Assembly (NCBI GenBank): GCA_002633005.1
Contig: NMRA01000184.1
Location: forward strand, 561,255-625,254
Reading direction: 5' to 3'
Length of the DNA stretch: 64,000 nucleotides
Origin: Phoronis australis
Lineage: Eukaryota; Animalia; Phoronida
The position numbers and the translations under genes are program-made. The notes below the pieces were generated by a model. It saw only the letters and a program-made list of their open reading frames with translations, searched no databases and had not been told where the DNA came from. Below are positions 37,807 to 49,994 of this stretch, piece after piece. Each line of letters opens with the position of its first letter. The stretch's first letter is position 1.

Positions 37807-39006
37807 GTGCCCAAAATTTCTAATTACAGATCAATGTTTTTACCACATTTCTGGTAAACATCGTTTCATTCACAATCTTAATGCAAAGCTACGATGTTGA
37901 TGCATTATGCTTGTGTTCAGCTGTCATGGGAATTCTGGGTCATCTTGTCTAAATACTTTTGGCGTGTTCTGTATGCACGAAAAAGTAGATTATCATGATG
38001 GTCTTCCTTGTTAGATCACAATTCATAGCTGTGAAAATTTTATTTCTTTTTGTCAATCTGTAGTTTGAAGTTTAGATGTTGTCGTTTTTCTGTTTTTATT
38101 TCAAAATGTTTGCAAACAGAATTGCAATTCATAGCAGTTTAGTATTTACCTCTCATACGGCGAGATATTTCTGATCTTCAGTCTGGGAAGAGGTTTACAG
38201 TGTTTTGTCTATGTAAACGTTGTGTGGTTTAGGCCTTATCTCAAAATTCACAGGTGATTTTAAGATCGAGATCCTGATTTGAATAAATGTTATTGATTAG
38301 ACAGACACATTACTGAGATAAGAACATGCTGTAGACTCTGACATTTTGTGCTTTGTGTAGATATTTTTGGCGCAGTTTCATACTAACATGTTTTTCGTGT
38401 TTTTCGTTGATCTAGAGTTCTCTGGTAATTAGTAGGCCTGATTGTTTATACTGGCGAAGGTCTTCCTCAAAGTTACTGGCCCCAGGGCTAAATACACACT
38501 GTACTTTTGGGGTTGTAAAAGTTCAAGCAAGACCAGCGAACAACAGAGTGTGTCAATGCTCATTTAAAGATGTGAACTTGGTCTTATCTTCCATGTACTT
38601 ATTAGTTATTTGACATAGAGATCATTTTGGCCACGTGCTGGTACTCGTCGTACTGTGATTGCCGAACACATGTCTTTAACTCAATGTGACATGTATGACT
38701 TATATTGTCTTGTAAGTTTTTTTAGGGCCTGCTTGTTTGTTTGAAATGTTTTTGTGGTAGCCCTCCTTCACTTGTAACTGGGAACAAGAAGACTTCTTGT
38801 CCAACTTTTTGGACATCAACTTGTTTAAAGTACCCCTACGAGACTCGAGACACAAGTTACTGATTCGTAAAATTTCTGCACTGGCTCATAATTTTAGGCT
38901 TCAGAGGTTGATTGATCCTGTTTCAGACTTATCTGTTATGATGTGTGGGGACATGACAAACTATTTTTTCTTTCTCAAATAGGATGTTTCGTCTTTAATG
39001 CAGTAA

Positions 39007-39236
39007 CGGTAAAATCTCCCCAATTTTGCCCAAAAATAATTGCCAAAATTGCTTTTCTTACGTTTTTAAGGGCTTCTAGCATTGTTTTGAATGTCCTCAA
39101 TTTTTCAAAATAATATGTATTGGTAGCTGTGACAAAGTGCTTAATTTGGGGCTACTTATATCTTTTATGGAGCAATGAGAAATTATGACTTCACCTGTCG
39201 GCCATGTTTGTGTCCTAAATTGGTGAGCTTTTACCA
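39007..39236. mobile_element. MITE, ~230-bp GGTAAAATCTCACCAATT-TIR family
   Basis: CGGTAAAATCTCCCCAATTTTGCCCAAA ... TTTGTGTCCTAAATTGGTGAGCTTTTACCA-TA. Confidence 0.7.
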
Positions 39237-42200
39237 TAGTCAACCTTAAAGTTGTTATAGACCTGCCTTCCCTCGAAGACAGTAACTTAATTTGGGCCAT
39301 GTACCCCTATAAAACTGGCAGCAACGTGTTCATTTCTTGGATGAAAATTGATTTTTGGGCTTTCAAAGAAGATGGTTTGTTATTGCTTGTGATTGTCACT
39401 GAATGCAAAAAAATATTGTTGAGGTGATTAGCCAATTTGTTAAGCCTCGCCTCAGCACAGAATTACTCACACTTCTTGGTCTGAAATTTAATATTGAAAG
39501 CTGGAATATTGATTCAGAATTACAATTCCAGAGTTTAATCTAAAAGCGAAAAATAAAATATTGAAAGTCAAGTATTTCATGATTGATTTCAAAACAAAAA
39601 TTACTTTTATCAGTTTAAATTAAAACTTCGCAAGTTTTATAATTCAATTCAAATTAATTTTGTAACTAAAAATAGGCACATGTAGTCCCCTATGCCCAAA
39701 AAATCACCTCTAACACAAATAAGAAAATGGTAATTTGTTTTTTGATCACATTTGTTTTTGGCCAAAACATGAGCATGAACTTTAAAATTAGCGTGTAAAT
39801 AAACGAAGACATATTGAGCCGACATTTTGGTTTATTCACTATAAAGCATTCTCAAGGCAAAAGTTTACATTGTTGGTTTTTGACAGGAAGCTGAGTTCAT
39901 AATTAAAGCTATAATGTTGTGGATGAATTTTGGTGAAATTTTGTAACTAGGCCAAGAATATAACAGTTAGGTTGGCAACTAAATCCAGATGTTAATGCCA
40001 TCTGTGCAAAACAACAGAAATGCATTTGTGGCCATTAGGTATTGGTGTGTACTCTAATGTACCACATTGACCTAAAAATAGCGATAGGACGATAACCTGG
40101 AAAGATTCCTGTCATGTCCTCAGCACAACTAGTTCATACAACTCCATTTTGCCTCGAACATTTCGTGAATTTCCTCAGTATGTAGCGGGCAAAAACAGTA
40201 CAGAAAGCAAACTAAGCCATAACATGATGATCTGAGCACACTTATGGAAACTTTATGGCTTAAAAATGTTTTCTTGTGAATTGGTGCACTTGTGCACTGT
40301 TCCAATGCATGAATATTTAAGCTGTGAAAAGGGTGGTAAAGGTTATGGAGGACACCCAGATAAATGTCCAAACTGACAGTCGAGACTTTGCAACGTCATA
40401 TTTCACAAACGGTTGATTGGATTCATATGAAACTTTCAGATAACATGCTTCATGCACTGTTCTGAAAAGTGCTTTTGGGGATTGTTTTTGAAATCCTCCT
40501 GTGTTGTGTACGTGACTATCAACAAAGAACTTCAAGGATTTATGTTAACATCATCAAAGGTTGCTTAAAAACAAAAACGAACCAAGACTTAAAGAAAACT
40601 GTTGCAGCATTTTTGAGATTTCATTTTGAACATGTATGTGAAAAGAAATGTGGTCTGATGTTTTTTACATTCTGAAAATATAAACTTCTACGAGTTATGT
40701 TCAAAATTTTGTTAATATTTGGCTAATTCCACTAAGCAGGTGATGAGTCTTTACACATCCTTACTAATAAATGTTAAACAAAACAAAAAGTAAATAGAGT
40801 TCTGTTTTGATTTGTCAGTGGCAGCTGACATTAGGTACACAATCATCGTAATTGCAAACTTGTAAAGATGGTTTTGAAACAATTGTCATTTCAGGCTACC
40901 TTCCTTGAAAACCTATAATGGCGAAAACTGTATGTTAAGAAGATGTGTTTTGTTAAAGTAATCATAGTTGCAGACTTAATTTCAATTTTGGCTCATTTGC
41001 GATAATTGCAATTTCGAAATGTGAAGATGTAATCCTTTTAAGGAAATTGGTTGGTATAATGCATCTCCGTTAATCAAAACTGATCTATATTGATTGTCTT
41101 AACTCCCTTAATTCAGTTCCTTACACTGCACTGGAACTAAAGGATTTCTCAAGCAGATCTTGACAAAGACACAGACACAGTGTAAAGCGATGCTGATTGG
41201 ATTTTGAAGTATTTTTGTAAATATTTTTATTAGTTATGCAATACTGAATGTCGGTATAATTGATGTGCAAATATAATTTCTTCATTGCAAATATTTCTTG
41301 CCTTTCAAGACTGTCATATGTTTACCCTTCAAAGCAGAGAATTAATAGTCATCCCTAGACTTGGCTGCCAATCTCAATTTATCTACCGTAATCTTCTGGT
41401 CTCAACAAAGCGGTTATAACTCTTAAATCGATTTAAAGGTTACATTTCCCGGTGTGAACACTTTTAAACCAGTTTTAAAAGCTGTGACTGTAACATGGTT
41501 ATAACCCTCTGTGAGGGCAGTGTAGCGAGAGCTTATAACCATTGTAACTCAGTTGTAAAAAATATAACTCTGTAGGAGGCACTGCTGTCAAACCTCTTTG
41601 GAAACAATGGCACTAACTTGGGTGAATCGGAAAGTGAGAGCACTGACGACTAGTGACTAAAACCATGAACTAGGGTTACAACATTTTTAATTCTTGGTGT
41701 GAACTGTTACATAACAGTTACAACTGTAGAAAGAGCTAAAACTGGTTTAGTTGGTCTGGAATAACTTTAAAATGTTCTATACCCTCGTCGTGGTCAACTT
41801 GACTTACTGGTACACATGTTACAATTTGTAGTGCACATTAGTGCTCTCGGGTACTTTTACATTGTGGAACGGATTTGCCCTTAGAAAAATCGTCCTTAGA
41901 TTACCGCAATATGATGCATTTCCCAAGGAGTCCAGGCTTGCTAGGGTTAATCTTTTCTTTAAGCTGTGAACAAGACTGTTTTCTTTCTGATGGCAAATGT
42001 ACACATAATGATAAATGGACTGACTTGGTCTTTTGAGGGATTTGTTATAAATTAGTGGCTATCATCTCTGAACTGTTGTCTTGCTATCTACACTAGACCT
42101 CACCTGACTATATTAGGAGCCTTTACAAACTGCCCATATTTGATCTGTTTGAAAATTTTTCAATGTGTAACTTGAACACAATTTTGTGCCGGTCAATTTG

Positions 42201-45200
42201 GCTTTGTAACTTGACGTCCTGAATGCTTGCCCAGTGTTTTATTTGGTGCATTCACAACAGCAACAAAACTACTTAATCAATTTAATTTCAGTTGCCTTTT
42301 TATGTGCAAGCCATAAGTTTTTAACATTCCCGCTGTTTCCAATTGGCATTGTTGTTGTCCAAATACTTGTCAGAAATTCCATCTGTTTAGTGTTTGTATT
42401 GGTGCTACTTCGTATTACCCACAGCTGGTGGCCTTATTATACCATATCTACCTGGGTCTTATAGTTGCAAACTACATTACCCCCCTCCTGTGTTTAGCTG
42501 GTATGGAAATTAGTCTCCTAATATTCCTAGACATGTTGGGACATGATTGCCCATTACCAACAAGAATATCCAAAGGATCAGCAACTCAGAAAACAAGTTT
42601 GTTGGAGTTGGTCAGAACTAAAATTGCGAATTGGAAATGATATATTACATGTATGTAGCATTGTCTGTAACTTGAGTTGCCAGCTCATTCAGCAAAATTT
42701 GAGTTTTGTATAAACCCCAGCATTGGCATTTGATTGAGCATCGGGAACACTGACACACGAGGTTTGTGAGATTTTGGTGTAGTCGGCTAGTTTGGGTCAT
42801 GTTTGTGGTGATAACAATACCGAAGTTCTATAGTCAATTGTGGAGATCTTGGTAAAAGTGCCCGCCTTGTGTTACCATCATGAGCCTTACATCATTGTCA
42901 AACGCACGCAGGTGGTTAAGTTCAGCCAAGATGGTATTCAGAATTGGTTACATACACAATTTTTTTATCTTCAACTGATTTGAATTATGTGGCAAATTGG
43001 CCTTTTAAGGTTTTTGGTTTTAGATGCTTTTATTTTTAGCAGTTTTGAACACGGGTTTCTCTCTTGTGTGTTGTTGGATTTGCATGGAATTGTACACAGT
43101 TATTTGACTATCTATGTCCAAGAGAAACCTTTCTCAGTTTTTTCATGTTCCTTCGAATAATGGAGATATCGGTTGCCGAAAATGAAGACTTGGGATGGTT
43201 GATATCTCCGTTGTTCACGTGCATATAAAAAACCTGAGGCATTTTCTGTGTATTGACTGTAAGATTAGTTCAAACATGAAGGTGCCTGCTGTTTGGCTAT
43301 GATATTTAAGAAATTCACGTTTCAAGCAAAGATCAGTATTTTAAGGCATGAATTAAGATTTTTCAATCATCTTGGATTCAGAAAATGTATACTTTTATGG
43401 GTTGATAGCCGATAGTTAAAAGGTTATTTTACAAACTGTTAAAGGATTTCACAAAATTTGACAACTATGGTAAACTCTCTACTACCAATTTAAGACTCAA
43501 TATAGCGGACAGGTAAAATTTAATTGTATCATTTTTCATAAATGATTCAAAGCGCTCTGCTGTATTCAAGTTCTGTGTCATAGTTACCAACAAAAAATAT
43601 TTTGAAAAATTGATATTGTTTACATTAATGTTAGAAGCCGGTGAAAAAATGAACATTATTTTTTTCTGATTTACAGAGATTTTACTTTGATACCTTAATG
43701 TACATTACCTCAAACTGCCGGAATATTTTCCTATCTTTCGAAGAATATCAATAACATAGAGGTGTTGCTGCTGGTAAAATGTAAGTGCTTTCAGACAAAA
43801 ATGATAACCAAAATTGTCCTTCTTTCAAGGTCTTTTAACATTTTTGTAAATGGCCACAGTTTTGGTCTATTATGGTATTGAACTTGGAAGGAAGTATAGC
43901 AACACATCACTTCTCACATTTCACTTGTCCCACATTGTGTCCAAGATTATTGTGTATTGTGAATTCACAAGTACAGAACATTTCACCATCTATTCTCTTT
44001 GGCATCAGTGCTTCACAACTCCCATCTGATGGTAATTTCCTGATGAATTCTTAATGAGAAATGTTTTATATGTGGCTACAAGTCTTCCCCTGTTGTGTTC
44101 TTGGTTGATGGAAGTCATTAGGTCATGCATAACAAGCAGATGGGTGGCTAGGCTGAGTGCACTCAACAGCATGTGCACCGAGGTGGAAAATAAGAATAAT
44201 GGAGGGATTAATAGATAGTGAAGTTTTTTTTGCTTTTGCCACCAATGTAAAGCCGGTACTTGTGAAGCGTTAAGGTAAACTGCAGCTTTTCCACCAGCTT
44301 CAGTATTTAACAGATGTTGGAGTTGTCATTGGGTGACGCTGTTGTTGTCGAAGTTATCGCAAAGGTGGCGTATTGTGACTGTCATCGTTATCACAGCAGT
44401 GACCACTGACGGTAACATCAATGGACACTGAAGCTGAGCTTTCCCATTGTAGTGGCATGCTGACTTTTCGCTCTTGAATCCACTCATTTACTGCAGCGTA
44501 TGATAAACTTGAGGTGTTAACTTCGATTCAACACTGGATTTAAGTGTTCTTGTTGACCAACGCTCACCTAAACTTTGCAGCATGGATGTTAATTACAAAG
44601 GCCTTTGTGTCATCTCTGTTGTGGCTGTGGCCGTGGTTTGCATTTGGATCAGTTTCAGTGGTAACATGTAGTTGGATTTGACGGTATTGCGTTTTAATTA
44701 TTTCTGGATCAGTGGAATGTTGGTTTTGTTCTCTCATTAGACTGAAGTGTTCCTGTTTGATATTGAGTGTTCCATGGTGATCTATCTCATTTTGAAAGTT
44801 TTATTCATGTGGGAAATTTGTATGGCATGACATCATTAGAAACATGGTAATATGACGTGCAATTATGTGTGCTATATTTATAAATCTCTGGAACTTGGCC
44901 TCCAAGGGATTATGGTGGTTTATGTATCACACTAATGTTCTACAGTGATTTGATTTGATTTGTCCTTGGCTTCAGAAGATGGACAGCTTTATACTGCTTT
45001 TGTAGGTTATAGTATGGAGTAAACTTTATCTTTATGTTCCAATTCATCAGAATGAAATTTGGAAAATTTATTACCAATCACCAACTGCTTTATGTCTGAA
45101 GACCTCCAGGGGCTTGGTTGATTATCGTCTTTGAAATGGCCACAGATTAGGTTATTTTATTCGCAACGACTGGGACGAGCTGTAAAAACGTGTGTGCATG

Positions 45201-45236
45201 TGAACTTAAAATTAACTTTGGCCTTTTTTTAAACAG

Positions 45237-45314
45237 GATTTGACTGAAAAGAGCAAGCCAGTTCTGCTAATCATATCGTTGTCAGGGATCAAGGTGTGCA
45301 GCAACGATGGACAG
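45237..45314 (+). CDS. SH2D5: SH2D5-like gene exon 3 (DLTEKSKPVLLIISLSGIKVCSNDGQ), PTB domain
   Basis: Acceptor CTTTTTTTAAACAG, donor CAG|GTAAGT; 78 nt, phase 0/0. V.L.ISL.GIKV is the classic PTB beta-strand motif. Missing from the ORF track because it is too short. Confidence 0.9.
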
Positions 45315-46021
45315 GTAAGTTAAATATCCTGGGACTGATTGGGGAAAAATGTTTACTTCGTTTTTTGATTTATTGTGTAAATTTAAAATGCCTTTAGTTT
45401 ACGATAAATTTCTTAAAGAAACATTCTCGTAACATGTCTCAAAAATGAGCTTGCCTTGAGTACATTGGTTCCACGTCTTGAAATATTTTCAATTTTTATT
45501 TTCAGATTTTACTATGTTCATGTTGCCCATTTAGAACTGCTTTATCATTGGTTTTGTAAATAGTAAAATATTGCGTTTTTTCTGTTTCTCATTTGTCTTG
45601 TCTGCTCTTGTTTTATTTGTTGTGGATAGATATAGATTTTGAATTAACTGTTTAGTAATTTCGTCATACTGCTGAAATTGATTAGATACGACTAGAAATT
45701 ATCCGAGGATAAAAATTGATTTCCGCAGTAAGATTGGGGTGTTTAGGGACGGAAATTGTTGACTTGTTTTTTTGAGAGCACGTTCTTGTGCAACTTTATT
45801 TTCAGGCTTTTGGGGGAAATGAGGTTTTTGTCACGATAGTTCGATGTTAATCTAGAAATGTGTCAGGTTCATGTCGATTAATGATTTTTGTTGTGTACAA
45901 TTTGTTCTTCTAATATTATTTTGGATATCTTTGAATCTTAAGTTATGTGGAATGTTTAGATTTTGTTTTGTGATAGTCACAAAAATCAAGTTCAAGGTTT
46001 GTAATTTTCTGTTTTTAAGAG

Positions 46022-46073
46022 GATTTCCTCTTTTTAGGTTTTGATTTCCTCTTTTTAGGTTTTGATTTCCTCT
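46022..46073. repeat. Tandem repeat, 21 bp x ~2.5
   Basis: GATTTCCTCTTTTTAGGTTTT repeated. Confidence 0.85.
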
Positions 46074-46822
46074 TATTTCATATCTAGTCTCCTTTTTTCG
46101 TTCTCCTTTTTATCAATATGTTGACTTTATTCATGCAAAAATGCTTATTTCAGTTAAATTTTACAACCAAAAATATTTCTGTCACACAATACATCATGTG
46201 GAAAATTTTCCTTTTTTGTCATTGGTCATTCCTTAAGTTATACTTTTGCGGTTGTTTCTATGTTTATATTGTGGTCAGATTGGCGGTCACAGGTTTTATT
46301 TTTGATTTAATAACCTCTTCGTTCTAATTTTATCTTACTTTGATGTTGACCATTTTTTACTTGATAATGGTGCTCAACTCTACTTGCTTACAACCATCTT
46401 GATTATGTAAAAGATGTGCAAGTGTGATAATATTGACCTTTATGACCTTGGGAATACTCTCATATAGAAGTGGTATGCGGGACCTGCTACTTAGAAGAGT
46501 GATTTTTTCACGACCAGTTACCCTAACCCTATGAAAGGATGCCTTTTTGGACAAAACTCGCAGAGAAAAGGTTCCTTACTGATTCAGTTTTGACAGCATG
46601 GCATCTCTTGATCTGTTTCGGACTTAATAGCGTCCAAAAATTCCTATAACAGGGTCCAGTCTGTGGAATTGACCCCTATGAAGGAGCAACTTTTTTCATG
46701 AAAGTTGCTTACAAATAGATATTTTTTGGAGTCCATTCTCTAACTGGATGGGTATCCTAGTTTTTTGACTGCACGTACCTGTCATGGAATGACCCCTGCA
46801 TAAAAATTTTAATTTTTTCCAG

Positions 46823-46969
46823 AGCGTGCACATGGCGCACGCGCTAAAGAGAATATCATATGCGACCTGTGACCCCGACCATTGCCAGTTCTCTTTCCTG
46901 GCCCGGGAACCCAAGGGAAACGTCAACGTGCAATACTGTCACGTGTTCATCACCGAGTCACCAGACGAG
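46823..46969 (+). CDS. SH2D5: SH2D5-like gene exon 4 (SVHMAHALKRISYATCDPDHCQFSFLAREPKGNVNVQYCHVFITESPDE), PTB domain
   Basis: Acceptor TTTTTTCCAG, donor GAG|GTGAGT; 147 nt, phase 0/0. MAHAL.RI.Y.T....CQF.F.AR.P......CH.F is characteristic of the SH2D5 PTB domain. Confidence 0.93.
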
Positions 46970-47622
46970 GTGAGTTCTACGCTTTGGTGAAGGTTTGGAT
47001 TGACATTCCTCTTGACATCGAATGGCCACAAACAAGGATCGGTTTCTTGAAAAGTGACTTGAGATAGAAATTTGGTGTTGCACTCCCACTTCCCATTTAC
47101 CAAATAAATGTTAAATCTTGTAATTATTAGCGCAACACTGCCTGGTAATAATTTGTAATAATTTTCTCAGTAAGTAGCAGTTGTTGGTGTATTCTCAGAC
47201 ACTTTGTTCTTTTTCTAAAGAGAGTTTTAGTTGTTTTTCAGAAATAGTTATCTGGAGACCAAATTTCTGAGTTAAATCTGAAGTCACTTTTGTATGAAAC
47301 AGGCCAGAAAGAGTTTGACATTATTCAGTTATTATATAACTATTTTTGTTTTAAAATATTTTTAGTTATATCCGTTAGTAAAAGGACTATTCTTAAATAT
47401 TGTAATTGATGATTTCCCAGTGGTTATTCAGGCATCACTGTTAGGCTGGTGATGTATTCAGTTTTAAGTTACTGTTACCTGAGTAGGAAGATCAGGTTGT
47501 TACATTTTGTTAATCACCATATGATGTCATGTTTTTGTGCATTTTGAAGTGATCAATGTCCAGAGCTCAATGATCTCGCTCAAATTTTGTGGTAGTATCA
47601 ACTGCTTGTCCACTTGTTCCAG

Positions 47623-47928
47623 GCGGAGGAACTGAATGCCATTCTAGGCAACGCGTTTAAAATGGCGTACGCAAACCGACGCGAAAAGCAGCCATCATTC
47701 AATGACCTCATCGAGCAGCAGATTGAGGCTCAAAAGCAGGAGTTTGCCCAGAGCGAGGCTGACCGCCAGATGGAGCTGACCCGCACGTTAAGACAGATCT
47801 CAACCAGTAAGATTGATGAACGTCGTGAGGAGCGCGCCCGCCGACGGAGCAGTCAAAACAGTCAGACTAGCGAGGATGAGGTAGCGACAAACGGAAACAC
47901 GGAGAGAGCAGCAACGAAGAAAATATGG
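47623..47928 (+). CDS. SH2D5: SH2D5-like gene exon 5 (AEELNAILGNAFKMAY...KKIW): PTB C-terminal helix plus Q/E/R-rich predicted coiled coil
   Basis: Acceptor CTTGTTCCAG; open 102 codons; I...F..AY PTB terminal helix. Donor TGG|GTGGGT (phase 0) fits the next exon, but the exact donor is slightly uncertain. Confidence 0.85.
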
Positions 47929-48689
47929 GTGGGTATTTAGAGAGCTCATATTTGATCGCAAGGGCCAGTGTGTGATTACGTGGTAAAAATTACCTAATTT
48001 TGGCCTGTGGACTACTGCATCAGTTTGGGTGAATACTATCCATGGACTTAAGACAAATTCACTCGTGAACACTCATGTTTCTGTTGCACTCGTCTCAGTG
48101 CCTACCCATTGGTTTTTGGACTTCTCATCAGCCGAATTTCTTGGGTGTTAAACGCCCAGGTGGATGTGATATATTTTATGGCTGAAATTGCAATTTTAAA
48201 TGGTTTCCTTGTTATTCCAAAAGGCGTAGTGAATTATTGAAGCAAAGGTTTTTGAGAATTCGGTTAGAACACTAATTTTCTCACATTTTGGTAGTCCAGT
48301 TTCTGTCTGTCGTACCTTTCAAGCCAGTTCAACAAAACGTGTCATGATTTATGGTTTTGTCTCTTGTAAAGATTGCCCACGCATACTTGTGGGGCATTAG
48401 GGCAATAACAGTCTTTTTCTGATTTTTTATGCTCGCAGTCTCAAAATTCATGCTACATTTCCAATACAATTGGAGCGTAGCAACCTTAAGGGCATTGGAC
48501 ATAATGGCTAGACATGGCATTTCTTAGAACAAGGGAATGTCTTCAAAATATTTTGGAGATTGTATGGGCCATGGATCATCCATGTGATTCATAATCTTGT
48601 GGCACCCTCTATTGTCAGTCAAGAAAACTAGCATCACATTGCTGCTTGTGTTGCTTTATTTTCAGTCTTGGTCAGTGTTTTATAATAAC

Positions 48690-49000
48690 AACGATGATAA
48701 TAATTATAATTATAATAATAAACTTTATTTATTGAGGATAAAATATGATAGATTTTAAAAAAATCTGCTTTAGCCAAAGGCTAATTATATAGCATGGTCC
48801 TCTCAAAGCAATAAATTATATTACATAAATTAAGATAGATTAAATTAAGTTACATTAAATTAAATGAATGTTTTACAATTTAAATTTACAAATTGAAATA
48901 AAAATAAATTAAAACTTTTATATGGTATACACAATGAAATGACTGAAAACGAAGAGAGGGACAGCTATGATGATCACATCCACACTCAGGTAACTAATGA
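48690..49000 (-). mobile_element. Possible 3' end of a non-LTR retrotransposon
   Basis: Minus strand ends ...CTCAATAAATAAAGTTTATTATTATA with an (ATT)n-like tail, preceded by very AT-rich sequence. No RT-coding remnant seen. Confidence 0.3.
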
Positions 49001-49307
49001 GTTAGCGTCTGTTTTATTGTTTATTTCCAAAAAGAAAAATATTGCTGAAGTGTTCTAGTTTTGCTGAAGTTGATGTGACTTGTTTGGTGACATTGTGAAG
49101 GTAGTTCAGTGGTTAATGTTATTTTGGAAATTGGGATATTCATTTGATAAAACTGTTTGGGTTGATGGTCAAATTGGCAGTAAATCATAAGAAAATGTTG
49201 TCTGCAATTTTTGGCAAAAATAGGCTTTGTCAAATTTTTGAAGACTGCCGAAAGTTTAAGTCTTGTTGGATTTGTGTCTAATCAAGGCGTTTGGCATACA
49301 TTTTCAG

Positions 49308-49682
49308 GCCAAGTATGCTGTCGGTCAGAAGCAGCACAGACAACCATTGATGGGCGTCCGGTCATCAAATACGCCGCCCCCTCTAGTCAGAAACAACAGT
49401 GACGACGTTTTCGGCCATCCTGGGCTCACCACGTTCTCATCACTCACTAGTGGAATGCGTTCCTACGGCTCGCCTGTCATGGCTCTCAAGGAAAGCATAG
49501 ACAATCACTTTAATTCCAAGGACAATCACATGACTGAGGTCGGTGAAGTCAAGGTTGATGAGGCCACCATCAATGGGGTCAAAGTCAATGGGGTCAAGCC
49601 ACCTGACCTCACTCCTGAGCGACCCCTATTGGAGAACTACACATATCCAGACATGATGAAGTACAATTCCAGTGACTCAGAC
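49308..49682 (+). CDS. SH2D5: SH2D5-like gene exon 6 (AKYAVGQKQ...NSSDSD), S/P-rich linker
   Basis: Acceptor CATTTTCAG, donor GAC|GTAAGA; 375 nt open, phase 0/0; coding-like GC content. Confidence 0.8.
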
Positions 49683-49750
49683 GTAAGATTTTCGTCTAGT
49701 TCTGAATAATTTTCTTCTTGGATTCCGGGCCTTGTTTATTACGACTTTTA

Positions 49751-49994
49751 TGGTAAAATGTCACCAGTTTAGAACAGAACATGGTGAACATGTGAAATTT
49801 TAGGTTCATGCGTTTTCAAGAATGATTTGTAGCACGAAATTAATGTGTTTTTTTTCAAGCTCTGTTTCACAGCTGTCACGAGACAATATTTTGAAAAGTT
49901 TTGAGCATTCACAGTAATGTCAACAGTTTTGTCAAATGAAAAACAACAATTCTTGTAAGTATTTTTTTTCCCGAAATTTGTGAGATTGTTGCCG
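49751..49994. mobile_element. MITE, GGTAAAAT..CACCA-TIR family
   Basis: TA-TGGTAAAATGTCACCAGTTTAGAACA ... AAATTTGTGAGATTGTTGCCG-TA. Confidence 0.55.

Noticed and set aside
44035-44070. CTGATGA...GAAA hammerhead-like string
   Set aside because: Stem II has only about 2 pairs and there is no stem I complementarity.
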